This document shows, piece by piece, positions 38,226 through 49,958 of a stretch of DNA of 64,000 nucleotides (the stretch's first letter is position 1; every line of letters starts with the position of its first letter). Both the position numbers and the translations under genes were made by a program. The notes under the pieces were generated by a model, which did not search any database, was not told the origin of the DNA, and worked only from the letters and a program-made list of their open reading frames with translations. The DNA comes from Eledone cirrhosa. Lineage: Eukaryota. Location: positions 49,600,001 to 49,664,000 of the forward strand of contig OZ024745.1 in NCBI GenBank assembly GCA_964016885.1, written 5' to 3'.

Positions 38226-39528
38226 TTGTTCGAACTAGAAAGTACAAAGTACACTACAAACACGTTGTTATATGTCTGTAGTGTACCAGTTTCAATCTAA
38301 TGTATGTCAATAACCGATGTGTCAAACACCGACCTCTCAGCTCTTGTATAATAAATGATCATCCGGTTTCTACGTACGATGTCTTTGTGATAAGGACTAA
38401 AATCTTTTTACCTAAGTCTATCTAGCTGACCCACATTTCGTTCGTTCGGCAATGGAAATTGGTCGTCAGTTCACATTGTTATTGTTCAGACAACTGGTTA
38501 GACTTAAACCTATAAGCAAGGATATTCTAGTTTTGACCATCCTGTCGTGTTGCCCAGGGATATTCTAGTTTTGACCACCCTGTCATGTTGTATATCTAAG
38601 ACTACATTGTCCACTGAGCTTTTCCTGTTTTATGATGCTAGGGTGGGATTTGAAGAAATCTGACTGCTATTTATACTTGGTCAAAGGATCACATAGAGGA
38701 TCTTGCGTTTAATTATATAGTTTACAATTGCGGAATCAAATTCAATCAAGGTTTCCGAAACAAGTATAGTAAAACATCAGCTAATGAAAAAAGGTTCTAC
38801 ACAGTTGCTTAATCTGCTAAAAATAGTTTAAAATCTTCCTCAACTCATATGCATTGTCTTACAAAATGCAAGACATATTGAATGATGCAGCTCTAGGTAC
38901 AGTCTGTCTGAAAAAAACACGTGGTAGTTATGGGCGAGTATCTATATTCATATGTCTGCTTGATCAGATCTGTCCTGTAGCTAAATAATAACAACAGCAG
39001 CAGAAGCAACATAGAAAGACATGACAATAGCTAAACGAATGGTATTACGATTAAAGTGTCGGAAGTCCATATCGCATAAATGCTACAGGGTGTGTTCTAT
39101 GCAGGGTAGCAAAACAACCTCTGCCAAAATTAGCTGACACTGGGCTGCTAGAAAAATAGAAAGAACTCGGTGAAGCAACAAATTATGCATATACGAACAG
39201 TTTAGTAGCTCACGCCAGAGAAATAGTTAAAGGACTGAATATATTTCAGTGGTAACTGTAAGTGCCGAATTTGAATGAGTGATGTGGTTGATTTTTTTTA
39301 GAAAGAATGAATTATATAACATATTTTACAATGATGATTTTAAAAATAGTAACCAAAATCGTGAATAGGATGCCAAACACTGAATTCTTTTTAAAAACCA
39401 ATTCTCTAAGTATTTTGTTACCGTTTATTTAATTGGTAGACCGGAACATGTTCCTCGGTTAACTGTAACTCGAATTATTTTCTTTTGTTAGTAATATATT
39501 ACATTTTGAAATGAATCGAAGCTATTCG

Positions 39529-39723
39529 CAGACCTGTCAACTCTCTCCGTTCGACGGGGAGATCTCCCACCCACTTTGGAGTGAGTGAGAGATATCTTCT
39601 CTTGTGAAAATGGGTATAGTTTTCATTATGAAAAATCTCCCCATTTTGCCTCATTTCTCCCCGTTTTCAGGCACTTTTTTTCATGGTACTCCCCGTTTGG
39701 GTTCCTAGAGGTTGGCAGGTATG
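39529..39723 (-). mobile_element. hAT-type MITE, third copy
   Basis: CAGACCTGTCAAC...GTTGGCAGGTATG; flanks TATTCG / TAATCG (5 of 6 match). Confidence 0.85.
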
Positions 39724-40270
39724 TAATCGTAATTCGATGTACAAGTATATGTTCCCAGAGTTCGGCATAGAATCTTGTTGGTAGAAAGGTTAAATTAATT
39801 ATTCAATAAGAGAAATTTTCAAATTTTAACATTTTAAAATAATGATTTATAATATTGGCATGAAATTTTTGGGGAAGGGGTATAGTGATTTATATCGATC
39901 TCTGTACTTGACTGGTAAAAATAGCGGAGATCCTAAGTCAACCGATAAATTGTGTCATCTTCAGAAAGTGGGTGATTAGCTAAAAAGATGAAAGCAGAGA
40001 AACCGATGGTGAATAGCTTTGATGGAATTGAAGTAAAAGAAATTCAACGATATTTTTGGTCTGGTGTATTGGATACGTTGCCTTGGGAGAGAATATTTTA
40101 TCAGATTATTGTTCAAAGCCAGTGCACCAAAGTTTGACTTTATGTAGAAACCAAAAATGGTTTATTCCAAGCATCGTAAATTAAAATACATTTTATTTTC
40201 TTAATATGGCAGCAGTTGCGACTATATCAAAATTTCTTATTATTATTTCTTCTTATTATTGTTATTATAA

Positions 40271-40740
40271 GGGCGGTGGATTGGCAGTATCGGTAGAGGG
40301 TCGGACACCCTGCTTTGCAGCATAGAGTTACGGCCCTTCACGGTCTGAGTTTAAATCCCACCGTGGTTAACTTTGCCTTTCATCCTTACGGGGGCGATAA
40401 AATAAAGTACCAGTAACGTACTGGGGTTGATTTAATCGACTTTCCCCTCCCCCAAAAGTATTGGCCTTGTGCCTATACTAGAAATCATTATTATTGTTAT
40501 TATTAAGTGCGGTGGATTGGCAGTATCGGTAGCGGGTCAGACACCATGCTTTGACGCATAGAGTTACGGCCCTTGCCATTCTGAGTTCAAATCCCGCCGA
40601 GGTTAACTTTGCCTTTCATCCTTACGGGGTCGATAAAATAAAGTACCAGTAACGAACTGGGGTTGATTTAATCGACTTTCCCTCTCCCTCCCCCCTAAAT
40701 TGCTGGCCTTGTGTCTAAGTCTGAAACCATTATTATTATT
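40271..40740 (+). mobile_element. Two head-to-tail full-length SINEs with (ATT)n tails
   Basis: Copies at 40271-40500 and 40510-40740, each preceded and followed by (ATT)n. Confidence 0.9.
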
Positions 40741-41326
40741 CCTGAGAGGATCGTGGGGCAGAATCCTCATATCCGCCTTCCAGAGGGTCCTATTTAATCG
40801 CTCCAGCTTGATCCCCAAGCGAGATCAACTGAGCTCGTGGATGTTATCCAAACATCTTGCTCGTGGTCTACTTCTGAGTCTCCTGTCGGTTAGCTTTGTC
40901 TGTAAAATTAACAAAATAATATTGATTGATACCACTAAGTGAACTTTAAGTGTTTTTATTTACTTATTTGTTTGTCTTTATTTAGACGTTAAGATTGAGT
41001 GACGGAAAAGATAATTTTGAGTAGGATCGTGTTCGTTATATTTTTAATTCTTTTAGTTGACTCAGGTGATAAGCAAAGTTGTTGTTGCGGATAATCTGCT
41101 TAGAAATAGTGAAACGTTTGACAAGATTATGTTGATTTTGACGTTAGATTTTCCATAAATTGGGTTAACAAACAATATAAGGCAAAAATAACATACCTTC
41201 CTTTGGTTTTCCCTAATATTTTAATGGATTAGAGTCTTCTTGATATTAATAAAATATGCATTGATTCATACAGAAAGCAAGAACAAACATGGAAAAAGAA
41301 AGAACACAATACTGACAGTAAGTTCA

Positions 41327-41555
41327 AATTTAGAATGTTGGGTGTTAATTGAGCGGTGAACTTAATCCGTCGTCCAGTGTAACATTACTACTTGGCCATT
41401 GGAATTTAAAATGTTACATGTTAATTGAACGGTAGACTTAATCCATCGCTCAGTAAAACACCACCACCTGGTCCTTGGAATTTAGAATGTTGGGTGTTAA
41501 ATCACTGGTAGTCTTAATCAGTCGCTCTTTGTAACACCACCAACTGGTCCTTGGA
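41327..41555 (+). repeat. Three degenerate ~76-bp tandem units of a dispersed repeat
   Basis: AATTTAGAATGTTGGGTGTTAA...TTAATCCGTCG...AACACCACCACCTGGTCCTTGG. Single related copies near 21230, 56075 and 59320 (minus). Confidence 0.65.
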
Positions 41556-42926
41556 AGGCTTTGGCTGAGTCCACTCTGTTACAAGCATTCAGGCCAGGTC
41601 TCCGGTTTGAGGATATCGTGCTTCCTCCCTTCAATGAATCTTGGAGGCTCTGAAAGGGTCATAGGCACTGCCATTCCCTCCAGACTAAGCAATAAAAAAT
41701 ACTAAAGAAAACTGTTACATTGATAACAAAGAAAGGTAAATACTATTTCCTTCATAACAATGACTGATGGAATGATTTGTCTCGTTTACTTCTGTATTAA
41801 GTACATTTGATAGGGCTAATGCACATTGCTATAACTTTGACCACTTAAGCTGACAGGGATCATGAAACTTTGTCGTTTCGAATAGTAACCATCTCATTCT
41901 AATCGTAACCATCTGTTTCATTATAGGTTACACTAGAACTTAGGTTGGGAACTTACAGTTCTTTAGCCTATCCGAATGACTCATAGTCGCTCTGAAATTC
42001 GTTTTTTTTCTCAATATATTTTACTTTGTTTATTCATTTATTATAACCCAGACATTGAAGCATTCAAAACCGAAAATCTTATTAAATTATTAAGTTAAAA
42101 AATTAGTTAAATTCCTGTTTTCTTTTATGTATTTTTGTTTATGATGGGTTAAATGACTCCGCTTGGCAGAGTCGTTAGAGCATTGAACAATGCTTCGCAG
42201 TATTTTTTGCGCCACTGTACATTCTGAGTTCAAATCTCACCGTGGTCAACTTTGCCTTTTATGGTCGATAAAATAAAGTACTAGGGTCGACATAATCGAT
42301 TGTCCCCAACCCCAAAATTGCTAACCTTGTAGAGAAATCAATAACATATTTTTAGCTAAAACTAGCTTTTTATATTGAAAAGGATCCCGATGCCTGATCT
42401 AGTGTTTCGGTTATTGTACATTCCGTCTGAGAACCAATAATTAGTTACTACTCGGGTATATTTTTCTTATCCAGCAATATTTTACGGTCGTCCGAGACCC
42501 TGCCAGGAATGAAGTTTTACAGTTAAGATTATCTGATACCAGACTCAGAGAAATTGTAACTGCTCTTCTCGCATTTCAGATTTCTTTGTCTTATCAAAAT
42601 TAGTCATGTGTTGAGATTTAGAATATCTCCAGCCAAAAACAACCTCCATCCTAAACATATGCAGACTTTATTTATTTATTTATCTATCTCCTGCTCTCAC
42701 TCTATCCCTATTATCTTCCCCTTCTCTCTCTTTCTCTTTAGTGAAATTTAAAACCTCCCCATCCAAAAATAAAACCCTAAAGATACAGATAATTTATTTA
42801 TTTATTTTATTTCATCCTCTCTGAATCTTCCATTTTAACCATCCCTTCTATCTCTTCCTATCTACATGTGTGTGTGTTTGTGTGTGCCTTCGTTTATTTA
42901 ACGTTATGTTACATGCAATACACACG

Positions 42927-43014
<88 letters not shown>

Positions 43015-43493
43015 ATGGCTGCCCCCTCGTTATCGAGTATGACCATTGCACGTTATACCATTATTAATAATTATTATATATCGTGCAATGCCTGTGCGTG
43101 AAGATATTTTTTAAAGTGAGAAAAGACTGTGCACTGAGCCAATCCCACTGTCTGAGCGACAGTAGCTATAACCCGAAAAGAAGAAAAGATCAACATCATC
43201 GGTAACTACTGAGCCGCAGGTTTTATATCGGAGTTATCCCAGTTTCCTGAATTTTATTCGTAGATAGTCGATAGACCAATCGCCCTGTCTTGTGTCCATT
43301 TGTTACCGTCCTATGTGCTCTGGGGCTAGTGATACCGACGTAAATTCACAGAAATCAAAAGGATCTCCAGGGATCGACTGATGAGAAAGGTCTGTTCCAT
43401 GTTTCGTCCGTTTTTCCGTTGTCTTCGCCCACCTTTTTTTAAAATTGATTCCGCGAAGAACAGTCATTCAAATATACGTATATATATATATTT

Positions 43494-43591
43494 GTCCTAA
43501 TAACTTATTTTAGTTATCGCTCCAACGTGAGGTATATGATTTTTAATGCGATGAAATACCAATGATCGTTGGCAAATCACTGATGAGGGAC
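43494..43591 (+). ncRNA. Rearranged (non-circularly permuted) hammerhead-like motif, copy B
   Basis: GTCC-ta-ATAACT-tatttt-AGTTA-TCGC-t-CCAACG-tga-GGTA-TA-TGATTT-ttaat-GCGAt-GAAA-TACC-aatgat-CGTTGG-c-AAATCA-CTGATGA-g-GGAC. Lies in a ~155-bp insert between two (TA)n tracts. Confidence 0.7.
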
Positions 43592-43642
43592 TCATTTTAT
43601 AACATGTAAATCCATGTGCAACCATGCAGTATTCTTCTCCCC

Positions 43643-43685
<43 letters not shown>

Positions 43686-44306
43686 ATGATGATGATGATG
43701 ATCGCCAACAGCGTGAAACAGACTGTTAGCTTCTCTCCCTTCTTTCGCCGAAAAGAAGTAAGTGACATAGTCATTATTTTAAAACCGATAGCGTATGGTC
43801 TTCAAAATGTTATTAATTAAACATACGGTATATTGCCAAATATACTATACATACATCCATGTATATATATATATATATATATATCGGTCATTCTATATAT
43901 ATAGGTGGAAGGCGGTGCTGTAATTTTACCGCATTTATGGGAAGGGAGTGGTGTTGAGCCAACTTATGTAATATCAGTCATAGCAGGAACAAAGTCTATT
44001 ATAAGTGGTATTTTCACGACATAAATGTTGTTTGAATGTTTCCAATTAATCGCCAAAAATTGCTCGTTTCCAACACTAAATCAATGTCAACATCGCCTAT
44101 ATATAAAAAAAAAAAAAGTAATAGCATTAAAGACGTCGTCATCATTCTCTCTCTACCACCACCACAGCCGTCACCACAACCACCATCCCCACCACCACTC
44201 CACCACGATCATCATAACCACCAATAACACCAGTACTGCACCATCACCACTACCACTACCATCGCCACAATCACCCCCCCTCTCTCCGATCATTACCACC
44301 ACCACC

Positions 44307-44369
<63 letters not shown>

Positions 44370-44527
44370 GGTGAATCATCTAATATATAATAGTTGGTAC
44401 AATAAAGGCATACTTACATCAAATATTATTTTAACTTTGTAAATATACTCCAATTGTTTTCAAAATATTGCTTCATGTTTACATTCACCAACTATTGTTC
44501 TCTCTCCCTCTCTCTTTATATATACAC

Positions 44528-44614
<87 letters not shown>

Positions 44615-45061
44615 TATATCTGTGTGTGTGCGTATGTGTTGTTGGGGTGGTGGATAATGTGTGTGTGTGTATGTGTATTTATGTGTATGTGTATTATCCA
44701 GCCCACCAACAACACACATACGCACTCACATATCTATGAACCTTCACTTTGTGTCACTTCTGCTCTCTGAACCTTATATTTGATTTCTTGATGAAAGGCA
44801 GCAAATTGGCAGAAAAATTGTTACAACGTCGGATAGAATGCTTTGTGGTATTTCGGCTCTCCACTCCCTGAGTTCAAATTCTGCCAAAGTCAACTTTGCC
44901 TTTCATACATTCGAGATCGATAAAAAAAATACCAGTCTAGTACTGGGGTCGATTCTTCTTCTATACCTCTTTCTCCTTTCAAGACGGCGAATTGGCGGAG
45001 TCGTTAGAACGTCGGGTGGAATGCTTTGCGATATTCCTTTCGAGAGTAGTTAAAAAAAATT

Positions 45062-45278
45062 AGGGCGGTGGATTGGCAATATCGGTAGAGAGTCAGACAC
45101 GATGCTTTGTAGCATAGCGTTATGTCCCTTTATGATCTGAGTTTAAATCCCGCCGAGGTTAACTTTGCCTTTCATCTTTACGGGGTCGATAAAATAAAGC
45201 ACCAGTAATGTACTGGGTTCGATTTAATCGACTTTCCCCTCCCCCAAATTACTGGCCTTGTGCCTATACTAGAAATCA
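45062..45278 (+). mobile_element. Full-length SINE, preceded by two older SINE fragments from 44797
   Basis: Head, B-box, core and tail. Confidence 0.88.
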
Positions 45279-46121
45279 TATCTCTTTCTCTCTTCCCTTC
45301 TCTCACTCTCTGGAAGAAATCTGTTCTATTCAAATCTGGAGAAGAGATGGGATCCACCATGTTTTTTAAAAAAAACATAGAAAGGCCGTATTTCAATTCG
45401 GTGCCCCTATGGCTCCCCCCAGGAATTACGGGACCATGCATCTTGTAATGATTTGGAAAATATTAATATATCTAAAAATGGATTTGCTTATTCAAATGTT
45501 TATAATACACTGGCAGAAAAACCACCCTTCGGGTGGTTTTCTGCTAACATGTGTAGTGTGCATATTGATATTATACGCAAGTATATATACATGTAGATAT
45601 GATACATCAAATAAAATCGTAATTGACAATATACACAGAAATTGAACGAAGACTGTGTTACACTGTCTTATGTAATCAGTAACGTAATCCATGATACATT
45701 AAAAAAAAAACGATATTATATATAAACTGCATTAGGAGAAAATTAGTGACGGAAATATATGAATGTTTATTTAAGCGATCGCTAACCGGAAGTGTTGACA
45801 TTTGAAAATTTTAAAGAAGTGAATCTCAGAATAAGCAACAAGATTATATATATATTTAATCAAGATTATCGAAATTTAGTAGATAAATTATGTAATATTC
45901 ATTCATTATTTATTCAAAGTAATCCAACTTATTTTACAAACGGGATAAAAAAATATATTCTGGACGCAGTCACGCACTCCTTACTTTATTATAGTTTAGA
46001 TTTACAAGTGGATAGATCGTTGTGAAAATTTGCTGTATTAGCGTTAAAACTTTAATGTCTTATTAATGTGGTTTCATGTGGTACAGGACGTTAGGAGTTA
46101 ACTAGTTTGAAAATAGGATTA

Positions 46122-46551
46122 CAGTGTACCTCCATGTATTCGCGGTTCGACATTCGCGATTCCGGTTATCCGTGCAATGTTCCTTAGAACCTAATTAATA
46201 ATTGTTTCTACTTTAGGCACAAGGCCAGCAATTATCCAGTACATTACTGGTACTTTATTTTATCGACCCCGTAAGGATGAAAGGCAAAGTTAACCTCGGC
46301 GTTAAACAAAGTTAACAAAACAAATAGAACCTAATTAATAATTGTTCGTTGAAACCACCGCATATTCCGGAATCATAAATATCTTCCGCGATTTTTTATG
46401 GGTCTTTTCGTAGCAATATATATTTTTTTACAGTTTTTAACGCTAAATTTTTAATAACAATATACCTTGTTTGCCGACCTATATTTTACTCTTCGCTGAT
46501 GATCAAGGAACGTAACACCCGCAAATACCGGGGGGGGGGGGGGGGCAACTG
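46122..46551. mobile_element. Tigger/pogo-type MITE with a nested 5'-truncated SINE
   Basis: TA|CAGT...ACTG|TA ends. Minus-strand SINE at about 46200-46300 is flanked by the 22-bp duplication TAGAACCTAATTAATAATTGTT (46185, 46325). Confidence 0.75.
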
Positions 46552-46721
46552 TAAATAACAGCTGGTTTGTGTCTTATAATGAATGGGGTGAGAACAAATG
46601 TCGAGGTAGGAGTATATTCGATTTAATCCATATCCTTACATGGTCTAGTTCTTATTTTATTGATCTAAACAAAATCCAAATCATGTAACATCTTGTTATT
46701 ATCTCATGTTATAGATAGAGA

Positions 46722-46799
<78 letters not shown>

Positions 46800-46809
46800 A
46801 ATAATATAT

Positions 46810-46893
<84 letters not shown>

Positions 46894-48446
46894 GCAAGCA
46901 CGTATGTATGTATCTATGTATGTATGTATGTATGTATGTATGAATTAACGTTAGGATAGATGTTATGGTTATATAATCATATTTACTGCAAAATACGTAT
47001 TTCAGTGACACAAGTGTACGACCATTATGTAATCGTTACAATAGCAACTGGCATTGATGTGATCTCATCAAATGTTAACACAATTATGGGAAGAAATTTG
47101 GACAAAACAATTCTCACGGGTAAGCAACTCAATAAATACACACACACACACGTGTGTGTGTGTGTGTGTGTGCGTGTATGCAAGGGCCTTGTTTCAGGGG
47201 GTACCAGGGGACAAGCCCACCACCTCACTTTTTCAAACGTCTATATTTTATTTTTTGTTTATTTGACATAATAAATTCTTTTTAAGCTTATTTTTTTATA
47301 TCTGAACTTCATTTGAATATATAAAATTTAATTAGCGTAAAATTTTACTTATGTGATAGGGTCCGGGAAAGGCAGCATAAGCAATTTATGCACCTTTAAG
47401 AATCAACAAATGTGGGTTTGTATCCCTCACATTTTTAAGGGAAACGAGGCCCCGGCATGTATGTATGAGAAAGGTCAATAAGGATAATGTCTGTACAATG
47501 AAAGTATATATTAGTTTAGTGCTTTATATAGTAGGGAAAGATACTTAACTTTTCGAACAATCGGAACATGTCATATTCAACATAAAATAAAATTAAAATA
47601 ACATAATAGTAAAATATATATGGCTAAATATATATGAAAAATATTTGAATTTTACAAAATAAAAACATGGCGAAAATAAAATTTCGCGGCACACTTAGGA
47701 AGATCTCGCGGCACACTGGTTGAGAATCACTGCTCTAACACAACATATACAGTACAGTCAAGACACTGTATCATCAATGACAATGAATATAATAGAATAA
47801 GTTATCCGCTATACAAAATAACTGTATTGAGAAGTGAGAATATTTGTGAATGCATGTTTTTCTCTTTGTTGTTGTTGTGGTTCCGGCTATTGTTTTTGTT
47901 GTTATAGTTGCTGTTGATTTCTCAAACATTTGGATTAGTTATACCGTTAAATATTGCTTCAAGCTTTTCATCGCACAAGAGATCAAAACAAAATCAAACT
48001 AGCTAATATACAAACAAAAAAGGAAAACATGAGAAAGATAAAAGATCAAAGATGAGAACAGATTTCTGTTTTTATATAATTTTTTTCCTTGAACTAACAA
48101 ACGTTTCTTTTACACCGCCCCCAATCGATGAAAGTTCAAAGTTTCTTTTTCTTTTAACGTTTTAACTAATCTTATTAAGCGTCTTTTATTTACCTCAAAT
48201 CAACTTAAAATTTTCACCATCAAGCATTAATTATAGCATACGCCCAACATATGTACTTTAAAAAGATCCCGTGAATACATCATACATAAATGCTTGCAAG
48301 TTATTTTCCGATAAATCGATACATGACAAGAAATTATGTTCAATCGATAACACACTGAACTACATTATTGCGCTTATAAGAAAGACCTACATCATAGTTC
48401 ATAACCACACAATCGCGACTTCATATACTAAGGTTCATTTGATTTC

Positions 48447-48530
<84 letters not shown>

Positions 48531-48574
48531 GAAATTCCGTTATAACGGAATTTTACCTATATGTATATATATAG

Positions 48575-48626
<52 letters not shown>

Positions 48627-49380
48627 ATGGTTTCTAATTTAGCCTCAAGTCCAGCAGTTTGCGAGGAGAATGTCGCTTACTTGGCTGGTACTTTATTTTA
48701 TCGACACCGAAAGAGCGAAACACAAAGTTGACCACGACATGGTTTGAACTCGGTGCGGGAAGTGCCACAACATATACAGCATGGCATTTTGTACGACACT
48801 CTAGTGATCCTGTCAAACAAATATTTATTAAATAAAGTGTTTTCTCTAGTATTTGTCCGAAAGTATCAACAGCAAAATCAACTCGAGTGACAATTGAATT
48901 CAGACATGTGAGCACAGACATAGAAACCTGAAGCCCCTAGTAGATTCTAGAATATCAGTCCTAACACAGTGAGAGTAAATCTTTATTTACAAGATTGTGT
49001 ACAAAGGTATTTTCCTAGAGTATGGATTAATCCTAGTTTTGGTGTTTGTTGATTACGTATAATGGTATTTTAAGGGCTCCAATTGATCCTAAGTCAACTC
49101 AAATGGTATCAAATTTAATTGTAAGACAGCCAACATATACTCAATTGTCTATCTCTATCTGCTAAACTTCTGTCATTTGATAGCGTTTATATCAACCATG
49201 AGTATTTTCACACTAACATCATATAGCTACCATATTATATTATATTACATTAAACAGCATGTGAAAAACGATAATATATATAAGAGATGTAAACATGAAT
49301 GGACCTGTTATTTTTATCTAAAGACATTTTTTCCAATTCCATCCCGCCCGTCCCCTCAATCTATCTTATTTCTCATTCTT

Positions 49381-49416
49381 TCTTCTAATGAAGGACTAGC
49401 GTCCGAAACGTTAAGA
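49381..49416 (+). ncRNA. Degenerate minimal hammerhead in a PLE-type tail (about 49300-49500)
   Basis: tctt-CTAATGA-aggactagcgtcc-GAAA-cg-TT-aaga; core G>A. Related to 59509-59544. Confidence 0.6.
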
Positions 49417-49667
49417 CCCTCTTCCTGCTATATCAAGCGTTAACCTAATATATCCCTTCCATATACTGTACCGATTGTGTTGTTATTTCTGTTTACCTTT
49501 TACATATATATATATGTATGTGTATTAGAGTATGGGGTTAACAGAACAGGGATGTGCGGATCACATGGTATGTCGGCTGTGAAGCAAATAAAAAGAAGGG
49601 CTCAGCGACCTGTATAAATGGTACAAGACGGAGCATTATATACTAATAAAACATCGGAGGCCTTATT

Positions 49668-49912
49668 CAATTGATTCAGATTTATGTAAAACTATATACA
49701 CATTTTACTGAGCTCTTCAGACGGCAAAACCTAAAATAAACCTTTAAATTTGGAAAAATCTTTTTCGGGGAAATTATTGGACTTTTCCAAATTTAAAGGT
49801 TTATTAGGAATTTTCAATGTTTATTTTAGGTTAAGCCGTCGGAAGAGCTTAGGCTATTTTAACTCAGTGAAATTTGTATAACGGAGTTTTAAATAAACCT
49901 GAATCAATTGAT
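49668..49912. mobile_element. Fold-back PLE-type fragment with degenerate hammerheads; family shared with 62838-62997
   Basis: TCAATTGATTCAG...CTGAATCAATTGA outer arms; inner AAACCTTTAAATTTGGAAAA / TTTTCCAAATTTAAAGGTTT. Confidence 0.65.
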
Positions 49913-49921
49913 ACATATCTA

Positions 49922-49952
<31 letters not shown>

Positions 49953-49958
<6 letters not shown>

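Noticed and set aside
43378-43410. Isolated CTGATGA
   Set aside because: No matching GAAA/UH architecture. It lies in an unclassified repeat-like insert (43012-43470).
44025-44390. His/Thr/Pro-rich ORF
   Set aside because: Explained by (CAC)n and (ACT)n trinucleotide repeats.
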